From: a virus
Lineage: Duplodnaviria; Heunggongvirae; Uroviricota; Caudoviricetes
Virus record (IMG/VR): IMGVR_UViG_2802429237_000005
Location: 1 to 17,227 of that record
Reading direction: 5' to 3' (one strand)
Length of the DNA stretch: 17,227 bases
The number at the start of each line of letters is the position of its first letter. Within the stretch, counting starts at the first letter, position 1. Below are positions 7,893 through 15,601 of this stretch, in pieces. The notes beneath the pieces are model-generated. The model had not been told where the DNA came from, made no database searches, and saw only the letters and a program-made list of their open reading frames with translations. The position numbers and the translations under genes were made by a program.

Positions 7893-8845
7893 TGTATGCC
7901 GTTTTAGGAGAGATTGAATTTAAGGTTGTCACATTCTGGGACGGCTTTAAAAGCACAATGGGCGTGGATTACGCCACTCATGCCCGTATAGAGGGCAAAC
8001 CCGGCGTGCAGTTTATTGGCGATAAGCTGGATATGCTGGCGCTGGAATTTTCTCTGCACAGCCAGTTTTGCCAGCCCACAACAGAGCTGAATCGACTGCG
8101 TGAAGCCATGCTTGCGCACAAAGCGATGGCACTGGTATTTGGCAATGGCGATTATCGCGGCTGGTTTGTGATTACAGAGTTAACCGCCACCCACCAGCAC
8201 ACCGATCCCTGGGGCAATGTGATTGCCCAAAGCGGAACGATGTCGCTCCAGGAGTACACTGGCGCTCCTAAAAATCCACTCTTACCCCCGGCGATTACCG
8301 CCCAGGAGCCCAACATCGAGGAAAAGGCGAGCGATTTTCCAGACATGGTGGAGTCCTGGTTTGATCAGATATTAAACGCCATTGAAGAAGGTATGCGTAA
8401 GGCTAAAGAGATGCTGGATGAACTGACTCAAGCCATTGAAGATATTAAAAAAACAGTGGCAAAGGTCAAAGCACTAATTAAAGAGGCCAAAGCGTTAAAA
8501 GAAAAGTGTGAAAAGATAATTACGTCGTTGAAAAAAACAATCGACGCCATCGAAACCCTGTTTAAACAACCAATAGATCTGCAAACGCTGGCAGGACTCC
8601 CAAAAGCGTTGTCGGCGCAGATTAAAGCTTTACTGGGTAACATGCCAGGTATCCGGGACTGCGCCAATGACGCCAGTACGCTGGTTGACCATGCTCAGGC
8701 GCTTTTCGACGACATTACCAGCGACATCGCCGAAGCGACGTTTGATAAAGCCGCAGCGTTGGTTGATCAGGCACGAACAACGGTACAACAAACCACTCCA
8801 GCAGTGAGCCAGCTTGCTGCCGCGACCATTACGAGGAGCTGGTGA
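7892..8845 (+). CDS. P2 gpU-like tail protein with a ~190-aa C-terminal helical extension
   Basis: ATG overlaps the tape-measure stop (TGATG). The N-terminal ~125 aa (MYAVLGEIEFKVV...GWFVITELT) resemble recalled P2 gpU (MMVLGLFVF...GMFVI). The C-terminal half is Lys/Glu/Ala-rich with heptad-like periodicity (KAKEMLDELTQAIEDIKKTVAKVKALIKEAKALKEK). Confidence 0.7.
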   Translation: MYAVLGEIEFKVVTFWDGFKSTMGVDYATHARIEGKPGVQFIGDKLDMLALEFSLHSQFCQPTTELNRLREAMLAHKAMALVFGNGDYRGWFVITELTATHQHTDPWGNVIAQSGTMSLQEYTGAPKNPLLPPAITAQEPNIEEKASDFPDMVESWFDQILNAIEEGMRKAKEMLDELTQAIEDIKKTVAKVKALIKEAKALKEKCEKIITSLKKTIDAIETLFKQPIDLQTLAGLPKALSAQIKALLGNMPGIRDCANDASTLVDHAQALFDDITSDIAEATFDKAAALVDQARTTVQQTTPAVSQLAAATITRSW

Positions 8846-9054
8846 TGCGATACCTTGAACATATCACCACCGACGGCGAACGCTGGGATAATCTGGCATG
8901 GCATTACTACGGCGATGCGCTGGCTTATGAACGTATTATCGCCGCCAATCCACATGTCGCCATTTACCCGGTACTGCCTTCCGGTATTCAGCTCATTATT
9001 CCGGTCATTTCCGTCAACAAAACCTTATCGGAGATCCCACCATGGCTGAGATAA
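8845..9054 (+). CDS. tail protein X (P2 gpX-like)
   Basis: 69-aa protein with a ...WHYYGD...IIAANP... pattern resembling recalled P2 gpX (...RYYGR...VLAANP...). GAGGAG Shine-Dalgarno at 8833-8838. ATG at 8845 preferred over GTG at 8842. Confidence 0.8.
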   Translation: MRYLEHITTDGERWDNLAWHYYGDALAYERIIAANPHVAIYPVLPSGIQLIIPVISVNKTLSEIPPWLR

Positions 9055-10082
9055 GCGTATCTGGTGGCGTCTTTGCCACGCTTGCGCCCATTTTTACCCT
9101 CTGGTATGGGCATAAAGATATCACTTATGACATCACGCCCTATGTCACCAGCATCAGTTACCACGACAGCATCAAAAACGAGTCGGATACCATCGCGATT
9201 ACCCTGGATGATACCGATGGACGCTGGATAAAAGAGTGGTATCCCGGCAAAGGCGATACGCTGGCGCTGCATATGGGTTATCAGGGGGAGAAGCTTCTCG
9301 ATTGCGGTCAGTATATTATTGATAAAATTGATATTTCAGCGCCACCTTCCACGGTAAATATTGATGGCATCGCCACTTCCGTCAATCAGGCGCTGCGCAC
9401 CCGTAACAGCCAGGGTTTTGAAGAAACGACGCTTTCGGCTATTGCCAGCCGTATCGCGCAAACTCACGGTCTGAAGCTGGTGGGCAAAATCGAACCGCTG
9501 ACGATTGACCGGGTGACACAGTATGGCGAAACCGATGTCGGATTTCTCAAGCGTCTGGCCAGTGAATATGGCTATGCCGTAAAAGTGACGACAAAAGAGC
9601 TTATTTTTTCACATCTGCCGACGTTACGCTGCCTGGCGCCAGTGAAAAGCATCGACCGCAAAGAGGTTTCCCACTTCACCTTCAAAGACACCATTAATCG
9701 CATCTACAAGAACGCCACCGTACAACATCAAAACAGTAAGAAAAAAGAGTTGGTTATCTACACACATGACAGCCAGCAAAAACCGTCCGCCCGTGGAGCA
9801 GGCACCAGTGCCGACACGTTAAAACTCAATAGCCGGGCGCCGGACGTTGGCGCGGCACAGGCAAAGGCCAACGCTGCACTCAACAGCCACAACGAATATC
9901 AGCAAACCGGAACGCTAAAGATGATGGGCTGCCCGGAACTGACGGCAGGCAATAAAATCGAGCTAACCGATTTTGGTGTGCTTTCCGGTCAGTGGCTGAT
10001 TGATAAATCTACTCACAGTTTTGTGCGCAGCGGCTATACCACTGAAATCGACGTTTCGCGCGGGCCAGCGACCAGCCAGTAA
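9042..10082 (+). CDS. baseplate hub / late control gene D protein (P2 gpD-like)
   Basis: 346-aa ORF with patterns matching recalled gpD: GDTLALHMGY, TTLSAIASRIAQTHGLKL, GETDVGFLKRLASEYGYAV. Position directly after gpX. Confidence 0.85.
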   Translation: MAEISVSGGVFATLAPIFTLWYGHKDITYDITPYVTSISYHDSIKNESDTIAITLDDTDGRWIKEWYPGKGDTLALHMGYQGEKLLDCGQYIIDKIDISAPPSTVNIDGIATSVNQALRTRNSQGFEETTLSAIASRIAQTHGLKLVGKIEPLTIDRVTQYGETDVGFLKRLASEYGYAVKVTTKELIFSHLPTLRCLAPVKSIDRKEVSHFTFKDTINRIYKNATVQHQNSKKKELVIYTHDSQQKPSARGAGTSADTLKLNSRAPDVGAAQAKANAALNSHNEYQQTGTLKMMGCPELTAGNKIELTDFGVLSGQWLIDKSTHSFVRSGYTTEIDVSRGPATSQ

Positions 10083-10091
10083 GGAGGCAAT

Positions 10092-10793
10092 ATGAAAGGA
10101 GTAACCCGGCAAACGGGGATTATCAGCGATATTGACGAAACCAGCGTTCGGGTGCGGGTCACGCTGCCAGAGTGTGACAATCTGAAGAGCAACTGGCTTG
10201 CGGTACTTCAACGCAATTCCCAGGACAATAAAGACTACTGGCTACCGGATATGGGCGAGCAAGTGGAAGTTCTGCTGGACGATAACGGTGAAGATGGCGT
10301 GGTGCTGGGCGCAGTTTATTCTACGGTTGACACCGCGCCAGTGGCCTCGCGCGACAAACGTTACGTCCAGTTTTCTGATGGCGCAGCGTTTGAATATGAC
10401 CGCAGCACCCACCAACTTACGATTAACGGCGGTATCGAGAAAATCGTGATTGAGGTTATCGACAGTACCCGCCTGACATCGCCCAACATTGAGATTAAAG
10501 CCCAACAGGTCAGCGTGACTTCCGATACCGTCGATGTTAAAGCGACCGATGTCAACATCGACGCCACTGAGGTCAATGTTAAAGCGGCAGCAGTGACGGT
10601 AGATGCGCCCATAAGTACCTTTACTGGTAACGTCACGGTAATGAAAAAACTCACCTGGCTTGGCGGGATGGCAGGAAGTGGAGGCATCGGTAACGCCGCC
10701 ACGATAACCGGCAATGTCAACGTGATCGGCAACGTTCAGGCCAGCGGCACATTGCAGGACAGCGGAGGCAACTCAAACCACCATTCACACTAA
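10092..10793 (+). CDS. baseplate central spike (P2 gpV-like)
   Basis: AAGGAGG Shine-Dalgarno before the ATG. N-terminal OB-fold-like region, repetitive V/T/D-rich beta-helical segment (VTSDTVDVKATDVNIDATEVNVKAAAVTVDA) and C-terminal His cluster NSNHHSH, consistent with the metal-binding apex of P2-type spikes. Confidence 0.85.
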   Translation: MKGVTRQTGIISDIDETSVRVRVTLPECDNLKSNWLAVLQRNSQDNKDYWLPDMGEQVEVLLDDNGEDGVVLGAVYSTVDTAPVASRDKRYVQFSDGAAFEYDRSTHQLTINGGIEKIVIEVIDSTRLTSPNIEIKAQQVSVTSDTVDVKATDVNIDATEVNVKAAAVTVDAPISTFTGNVTVMKKLTWLGGMAGSGGIGNAATITGNVNVIGNVQASGTLQDSGGNSNHHSH

Positions 10794-10799
10794 CTTTTA

Positions 10800-10828
10800 A
10801 CCCGCCTGATGGCGGGTTTTCTCTTTTT
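10800..10828 (+). terminator. rho-independent terminator between spike and baseplate-wedge genes
   Basis: ACCCGCC (10800-10806) / GGCGGGT (10811-10817) with loop TGAT, followed by TTTCTCTTTTT. Confidence 0.65.
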
Positions 10829-10831
10829 AAT

Positions 10832-10859
10832 CAATCAGTTTTCTAAATCGCTTTAATAT
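10832..10859 (+). promoter_or_regulatory. candidate activator-dependent promoter motif upstream of gpW
   Basis: CAAT-N7-CTAAATC-N4-TAATAT with the same internal spacing as the block at 2273-2300. Lies between the terminator and the gpW start codon. Confidence 0.3.
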
Positions 10860-10891
10860 CGCCACTGCCCGTTCAGGGCGAAAATACCCTC

Positions 10892-11251
10892 ATGAACACA
10901 AAAACAAGACCCTCAACGCTGCACTGGCAACCAGCCTTGCAGCGGCCTGAAGAATACGTCTGCGGGCAGGATGATATTCACCAGGCAATACACATCATTC
11001 TGCGTACACCGCGCGGCAGTGATCCCCACAGACCGCTGTTTGGCAGCAACTTGTGGCACTACATCGATTACCCCATCGAGCGGGCAATCCCGCATGTGGT
11101 ACGGGAGTCGGTGGAAGCCATCCGCCAGTGGGAACCGCGATGCCGGTTGCTGAAGGTGACACCAGTAATCGACGGTGAACATCTGACGTTACGTGTGCAA
11201 TGGCGCGCCGCTGACGGTGTTATCAACTCAACGGAGGTGTTATGGCGATAG
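10892..11251 (+). CDS. baseplate wedge protein (P2 gpW / GPW_gp25 family)
   Basis: 119 aa. Pattern DDIHQAIHIILRTPRGSDPHRPLFGSNLW...AIRQWEPR matches the gpW/gp25 family (recalled P2 W: ...IGDILRTPVGSRVMRRDYGS...VLKWEPR). Confidence 0.85.
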   Translation: MNTKTRPSTLHWQPALQRPEEYVCGQDDIHQAIHIILRTPRGSDPHRPLFGSNLWHYIDYPIERAIPHVVRESVEAIRQWEPRCRLLKVTPVIDGEHLTLRVQWRAADGVINSTEVLWR

Positions 11252-12357
11252 CCGAACCCAATTTTATTGACCGCGATCCTGCGCAAATTACCAGTGAGAT
11301 GATTGCGCAATACGAAGATGCCAGCGGTAAAAAACTCTACCCGGCACAGGCCGAGCGGTTGCTTATCGACCTGTTTGCCTATCGTGAAAACCTTGTACGC
11401 ATCGCCATTCAGGAAGCGGCGAAACAAAACCTGGTCGCGTATTCCCGCGCGCCAATGCTGGATTATTTAGGTGAACTGGTGGGCGTTCACCGTTTACCTG
11501 CACAACCGGCAAAAACGACGTTGCAGTTTTCGGTCGTCAGTACATATGCCAGCAATATCCTGATTCCCCAGGGGACGCGGGCCAGTGCCTCTGATAGCGT
11601 GATGTTCGCCACCGATGAAGATGTTCTGCTTCCGGCGGGAAGTTTGCATATCGCCGTTCCTGCCACCAGCCTCGCAACAGGTGAACAGGGTAACGGCTGG
11701 CAGCCTGCACAAATTAGCGCACTTGTCGACAGGATTGGTCATTATGACATCAACGTAACCAACCTGACTGCGTCAACGGGCGGCTGCGGTGAGGAGAGCG
11801 ATGAGGCATTGCGCCAGCGTATCCAACTGGCACCAGAAAGCTTCAGCAATGCAGGCAGCTATGGCGCATACCGCTTTCATACGCTTTCTGTTAGCCAGTC
11901 GATTATTGACGTTGCAGTACTGGGACCAGATGAGGGGTTGCCAGAAGGCTGCGTGGAGATCTACCCGCTAACGCTGAATGGCCTGCCGGGCGTGGAACTG
12001 CTCGTGCAAATCGAACAGGAAGTTAGCAAGGAGAAAAAACGTCCGCTGACCGACAAAGTGAGTGCGAAATGCGCTCTTCGAGTACCGTATGAGATCCGTG
12101 CGCAGCTAACGCTGTTTACCACCGCCGATCAGGAGACAACGCTGGCTGCGGCGCGTAAAGCGATTAGCCTCTGGACGCAACAGCGGCAGAAACATCTGGG
12201 ACAGGACATTGTGCCAAACCAGATAATCAAAGTGTTACAGGTCAATGGCGTCTATGACGTTGTGCTGAACTTGCCTACAAAACGCATTTTGCAGGCACAT
12301 GAGTGGGCGGAATGCACCGCAATAGACGTCACGATTGCCGGAGTCAGCGATGGATAA
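11242..12357 (+). CDS. baseplate protein J (P2 gpJ-like)
   Basis: 371 aa, GGAGG Shine-Dalgarno before the ATG, 10-nt overlap with gpW. Conserved position and size; N-terminal region resembles the baseplate J family. Confidence 0.85.
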   Translation: MAIAEPNFIDRDPAQITSEMIAQYEDASGKKLYPAQAERLLIDLFAYRENLVRIAIQEAAKQNLVAYSRAPMLDYLGELVGVHRLPAQPAKTTLQFSVVSTYASNILIPQGTRASASDSVMFATDEDVLLPAGSLHIAVPATSLATGEQGNGWQPAQISALVDRIGHYDINVTNLTASTGGCGEESDEALRQRIQLAPESFSNAGSYGAYRFHTLSVSQSIIDVAVLGPDEGLPEGCVEIYPLTLNGLPGVELLVQIEQEVSKEKKRPLTDKVSAKCALRVPYEIRAQLTLFTTADQETTLAAARKAISLWTQQRQKHLGQDIVPNQIIKVLQVNGVYDVVLNLPTKRILQAHEWAECTAIDVTIAGVSDG

Positions 12358-12982
12358 ATTGCTGCCGCCACCGCCGCTTGCCAGCGATGAGCGTTTTTCG
12401 ATTCTGGCAAATATCGCCGCCGAGCGTTTTGCCCAACTCGATCTGACGGCGTTGATGGTTTATCTGGTCGACCTGGTTGATGCTTCGGCTTTGCCTACGC
12501 TTGCAGAACAATTTCACGTTCAGGGGCTGGAAGGTTGGTTATTTACCACCGATGAGCGGGAGAAGCGCGAGTTAATTAAGCAAGCCATTGAGCTGCATAA
12601 ATATAAAGGAACAATTTGGGCGGTACGGCAGGTACTGGAAATACTCTCGCTACCCGGAACTATTTCCGAATGGTTTGAATATGGCGGGAAGGCTTATTTT
12701 TTTAAGGTTGATATAGAGCTGGTGGATAAAGGCATGGATGAAAACCTTTTCAATAATCTGGTAGAACTCATTCATGAATATAAAAACACACGTTCAAAAC
12801 TGGAAGCATTAATTGTCTGGATCATTAACCAAAGTGCTATTCCTGTTATTGGTTGTGCACTTTATGGTGGTGAACTGACGACGGTTTTACCTTTCCAGAT
12901 AAGGGAAGTACAGCAAAACACATCAATTTATTACGGAACAGGGCAATGGAGCCTTGAAATTACATCTATTTACCCGGAGTGA
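12350..12982 (+). CDS. baseplate/tail protein I (P2 gpI-like)
   Basis: ATG at 12350 with GGAG at 12340-12343 preferred over the track's TTG at 12335. Motif HKYKGTIWAVRQVLE resembles recalled P2 gpI (HCHKGTIGAIRRVVE). Confidence 0.8.
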   Translation: MDKLLPPPPLASDERFSILANIAAERFAQLDLTALMVYLVDLVDASALPTLAEQFHVQGLEGWLFTTDEREKRELIKQAIELHKYKGTIWAVRQVLEILSLPGTISEWFEYGGKAYFFKVDIELVDKGMDENLFNNLVELIHEYKNTRSKLEALIVWIINQSAIPVIGCALYGGELTTVLPFQIREVQQNTSIYYGTGQWSLEITSIYPE

Positions 12983-12984
12983 TT

Positions 12985-14466
12985 ATGGATAATGAGTTTT
13001 ATACTCTGCTCACCAGCAGGGGGATGGCAAAAATTGCCAATGCCCTTGCAAATAAAAAACAGCTTCATCTACAAAAGATGGCCATTGGAGACGGCGGTGG
13101 GCAATATTATGAACCCACCGTCAGCCAAACTAAATTACGTCACGAAGTATGGCGTGGCGATTTAAATACATTAACCGTTGCGCCCAATAATCCTAACTGG
13201 TTAATTGCGGAACTTGTACTGCCCGAAAATATCGGTGGCTGGTATGTACGTGAAGTCGGTGTTTTTGATACTGACGGTGAACTCATTGCTATCGGTAAAT
13301 TCCCTGAGTCGTATAAACCGCTATTACCCGGCGGCAGCGGTAAGCAAGTTTGCATTCGTCTTATTATGGAAGTTTCCAATACGGCAGCGGTAACACTCAC
13401 CGTTGACCCCAGTATTGTGCTGGCAACGCGCGATTACGTCGATTCGCAACTGGATGAACATGAACGTTCAACTAATCATCCTGATGCTACGTTATCGCAA
13501 AAAGGCTTTACGCAGTTGAGTAACTCCACTGACAGCGATGACGAAACCAAAGCGGCTACGCCCAAAGCGGTGAAAGCAGCGATGATTGAAGCTCGAAATC
13601 ATCGTCATACCTGGAGTCAGATTACTGATATTCCGGATGGCACGCTGGCGCAAAAAGGGATCGTGAAGCTTAATAACGCGACCAATAGTACCAGCACGAC
13701 AGAGGCGGCGACACCGAGCGCGGTCAAGGCGGCGTATGACCTGGCGAATGGTAAGGCTGCGGGAAACCATACTCACCCATGGGGGCAGATTACGGGTGTT
13801 CCAGACGGCACCCTGTCGCAAAAAGGGATTGTGACGCTTAATAACGCGACGGATAGCACCAGTACGACTGAGGCGGCGACGCCTAGTGCGGTGAAGGCGG
13901 CGTATGACTTGGCGAATGGTAAGGCTGCGGGTAGTCATACGCACCCCTGGGGGCAGATTACCAATATTCCCGACGCAACTCTTGGTAAGAAAGGAATTGT
14001 TCAGCTAAGCAGTACCGTCCCTAATACCAGTACAACAGAAGCAGCAACGCCATACTCAGTTAAGGTTGCCTATGACCTTGCGAACACTAAAGCTCCGGCA
14101 AGCCATACTCATCCATGGAATCAAATTACTGGTATCCCGGACGGTACGCTGACGCAAAAAGGGATTGTGAAGCTTAATAACACAACAAACAGCACCAGTA
14201 CAACAGAGGCGGCGACACCCAGTGCGGTGAAGGCTGCGATGGACAAAGCAAATACAGCTTTGAATAACACCACTGCATCTATATCAGATGTCAGACTGGG
14301 TGCTAAATTTGATCAGGTTATGGCAAAAGGGGGGCGCTATGAATTTCCTGGTAATGTTCTGACTGGGTTGAGAATTATCGGAGAAGTGGATGGAGATGAT
14401 CTCGCTATATTTCGCCCACTTCAGATAAAGGTTAGAGGTTCTTGGTATACGGTAGGACAACTTTAA
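12985..14466 (+). CDS. tail fiber protein (P2 gpH-like N-terminal domain, tandem-repeat shaft, conserved C-terminal domain)
   Basis: ATG at 12985 with GGAG upstream (track start is GTG at 12979). N-terminal region (...MAIGDGGG...HEVWRGDLN...IAELVLPENIGGWYVREVGVFD...YKPLLPGGSGKQ...) matches the P2 H-type fiber N-terminus. Five tandem repeats of the ATPKAVKAAxDLAN type. C-terminus GLRIIGEVDGDD...FRP. Confidence 0.9.
   Translation: MDNEFYTLLTSRGMAKIANALANKKQLHLQKMAIGDGGGQYYEPTVSQTKLRHEVWRGDLNTLTVAPNNPNWLIAELVLPENIGGWYVREVGVFDTDGELIAIGKFPESYKPLLPGGSGKQVCIRLIMEVSNTAAVTLTVDPSIVLATRDYVDSQLDEHERSTNHPDATLSQKGFTQLSNSTDSDDETKAATPKAVKAAMIEARNHRHTWSQITDIPDGTLAQKGIVKLNNATNSTSTTEAATPSAVKAAYDLANGKAAGNHTHPWGQITGVPDGTLSQKGIVTLNNATDSTSTTEAATPSAVKAAYDLANGKAAGSHTHPWGQITNIPDATLGKKGIVQLSSTVPNTSTTEAATPYSVKVAYDLANTKAPASHTHPWNQITGIPDGTLTQKGIVKLNNTTNSTSTTEAATPSAVKAAMDKANTALNNTTASISDVRLGAKFDQVMAKGGRYEFPGNVLTGLRIIGEVDGDDLAIFRPLQIKVRGSWYTVGQL
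13477..14247 (+). repeat. five in-frame tandem repeats (153-168 nt; 51-56 aa) in the tail fiber shaft
   Basis: The unit TL(S/A/T)QKGIVxLNNxTxSTSTTEAATPSAVKAAYDLANGKAAGxHTHPWxQITxIPDG recurs five times; the nucleotide period measured between CAAAAAGGGAT copies is 153, 168, 168, 168 nt. Confidence 0.85.
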
Positions 14467-15119
14467 TGGAATATAAAAATTTCACACTCTATAAACCGGC
14501 AGAAAGTATTGGTGGTATTTTTTATCTAAAATCTGATGACGATGTTGATTGGTACGAGGCACAAAAAAAATTTTCTGCCGAAACGTTAAAAATTGCTTAT
14601 GACAGCACAGGTAGAATTTGCATTGCGGATACTGATGCATCAGCGATTTGGCCAATAAATTCATCTATCAGTGAGATCTCATCTGAGAATGTTCCTGATG
14701 ATTTTTCAACAAATGGGAAATGGTTCTGGAATGGCGAAACGATAATCAATGCTGTAACAATCGTAACTGCTAAAAAAAATAAAATGGAGGATATCAAAAA
14801 TCGACGAGATGAAATAACGGCAGACTACATCATCATCAACGACCATCACTTCCACAGTGATACCAGCAGCCGAATCCAACAGATCTCGCTCACTAAAATG
14901 GGTAAGGAGAAACAAATTCCGCCAGGTTTAATGTGGAAAACTAAAAATAACGGTCTGATTGAGTTAACCAACGAAATCGCCGCGCAGTTTGAATCCGTCA
15001 CCATGGATCACGATATGCGCTTATTCGCCAACGCCCAACGTCATATCGCGGCGGTGGAAGCTCTGGACGATATTCAGGCGGTGCTCGATTACGATTACTC
15101 CACAGGCTGGCAACCATGA
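14466..15119 (+). CDS. tail fiber assembly protein (P2 gpG-like chaperone)
   Basis: ATG at 14466 overlaps the fiber stop (TAATG); the track start at 14442 lies inside the fiber gene. Pattern DWYEAQKKFSAETLKIAYDSTGRICI resembles recalled P2 gpG ([26 protein letters not shown]). AT-rich N-terminal part is typical of exchangeable fiber/chaperone cassettes. Confidence 0.8.
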   Translation: MEYKNFTLYKPAESIGGIFYLKSDDDVDWYEAQKKFSAETLKIAYDSTGRICIADTDASAIWPINSSISEISSENVPDDFSTNGKWFWNGETIINAVTIVTAKKNKMEDIKNRRDEITADYIIINDHHFHSDTSSRIQQISLTKMGKEKQIPPGLMWKTKNNGLIELTNEIAAQFESVTMDHDMRLFANAQRHIAAVEALDDIQAVLDYDYSTGWQP

Positions 15120-15571
15120 GTAAAACCACTGTCTGGCTCGCTTGTTATAAGGGCCGAACAGAGCACCGCGGTATTGCCCGACTGGCTGACTGGCTTACCC
15201 GTAAGATCACACGCGGTAGTTATTCCCACTGTGAATTAGCCGTTAAGCATGGTGAAAAGAGTTACCTTTGTTACTCCGCATCCCTACGCGATCGCGGCGT
15301 ACGCGGAAAGATAATGCCATTACCGCCAGATAAGTGGGATATGCTGCCACTTAACTCCAGCCTTCAGGACGTTGAAGCTTTTTTCCATAAACATGATGGC
15401 AAAAAATATGACTGGCGCGGCGCGCTTGGAATTATCACCGGCAATAAAGAACAGCGCGATCGCCTGTTTTGCAGTGAATTTTGTGCTGAATTCCTGCAAT
15501 TAAAAGATAGTTGGCGATACTCACCAAATCACCTGTATGCCTTAGTAAGTAACTGGCAATCCCATCCGTAA
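15116..15571 (+). CDS. hypothetical 151-aa protein, last gene of the tail operon; tentative permuted papain-fold (NlpC/P60 / LRAT / YiiX-like) signature
   Basis: ATGA start/stop overlap with the assembly-protein gene implies translational coupling. N-terminal His motif (TEHRGIA) and C-terminal Cys motif (LFCSEFCAEF) about 100 residues apart, an order and spacing reminiscent of LRAT/YiiX-type enzymes. The fold assignment is a motif-level guess. Confidence 0.6.
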   Translation: MSKTTVWLACYKGRTEHRGIARLADWLTRKITRGSYSHCELAVKHGEKSYLCYSASLRDRGVRGKIMPLPPDKWDMLPLNSSLQDVEAFFHKHDGKKYDWRGALGIITGNKEQRDRLFCSEFCAEFLQLKDSWRYSPNHLYALVSNWQSHP

Positions 15572-15576
15572 ATAAC

Positions 15577-15601
15577 ACCGGGCACAGTGCCCGGTTCCTT
15601 A
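15577..15601 (+). terminator. stem-loop/terminator at the end of the tail operon
   Basis: Perfect palindrome ACCGGGCAC-A-GTGCCCGGT (15577-15595) followed by TCCTTATAT. Downstream sequence turns AT-rich and lacks long ORFs. Confidence 0.5.

Noticed and set aside
13477-14247. Possible CRISPR-like or intergenic tandem repeat array
   Set aside because: The repeats are in-frame coding units of 153-168 nt inside the tail fiber gene with no unique spacers; they are a protein repeat.
1-15601. Transposable Mu-like prophage, or an eCIS/T6SS-type contractile injection system
   Set aside because: No transposase, capsid or Mu G-segment invertase is present, and the structural proteins recognised are P2-like. 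There is a tape measure, tail fiber and fiber chaperone but no duplicated tube/sheath paralogues or AAA+ ATPase of the kind expected for eCIS or T6SS.
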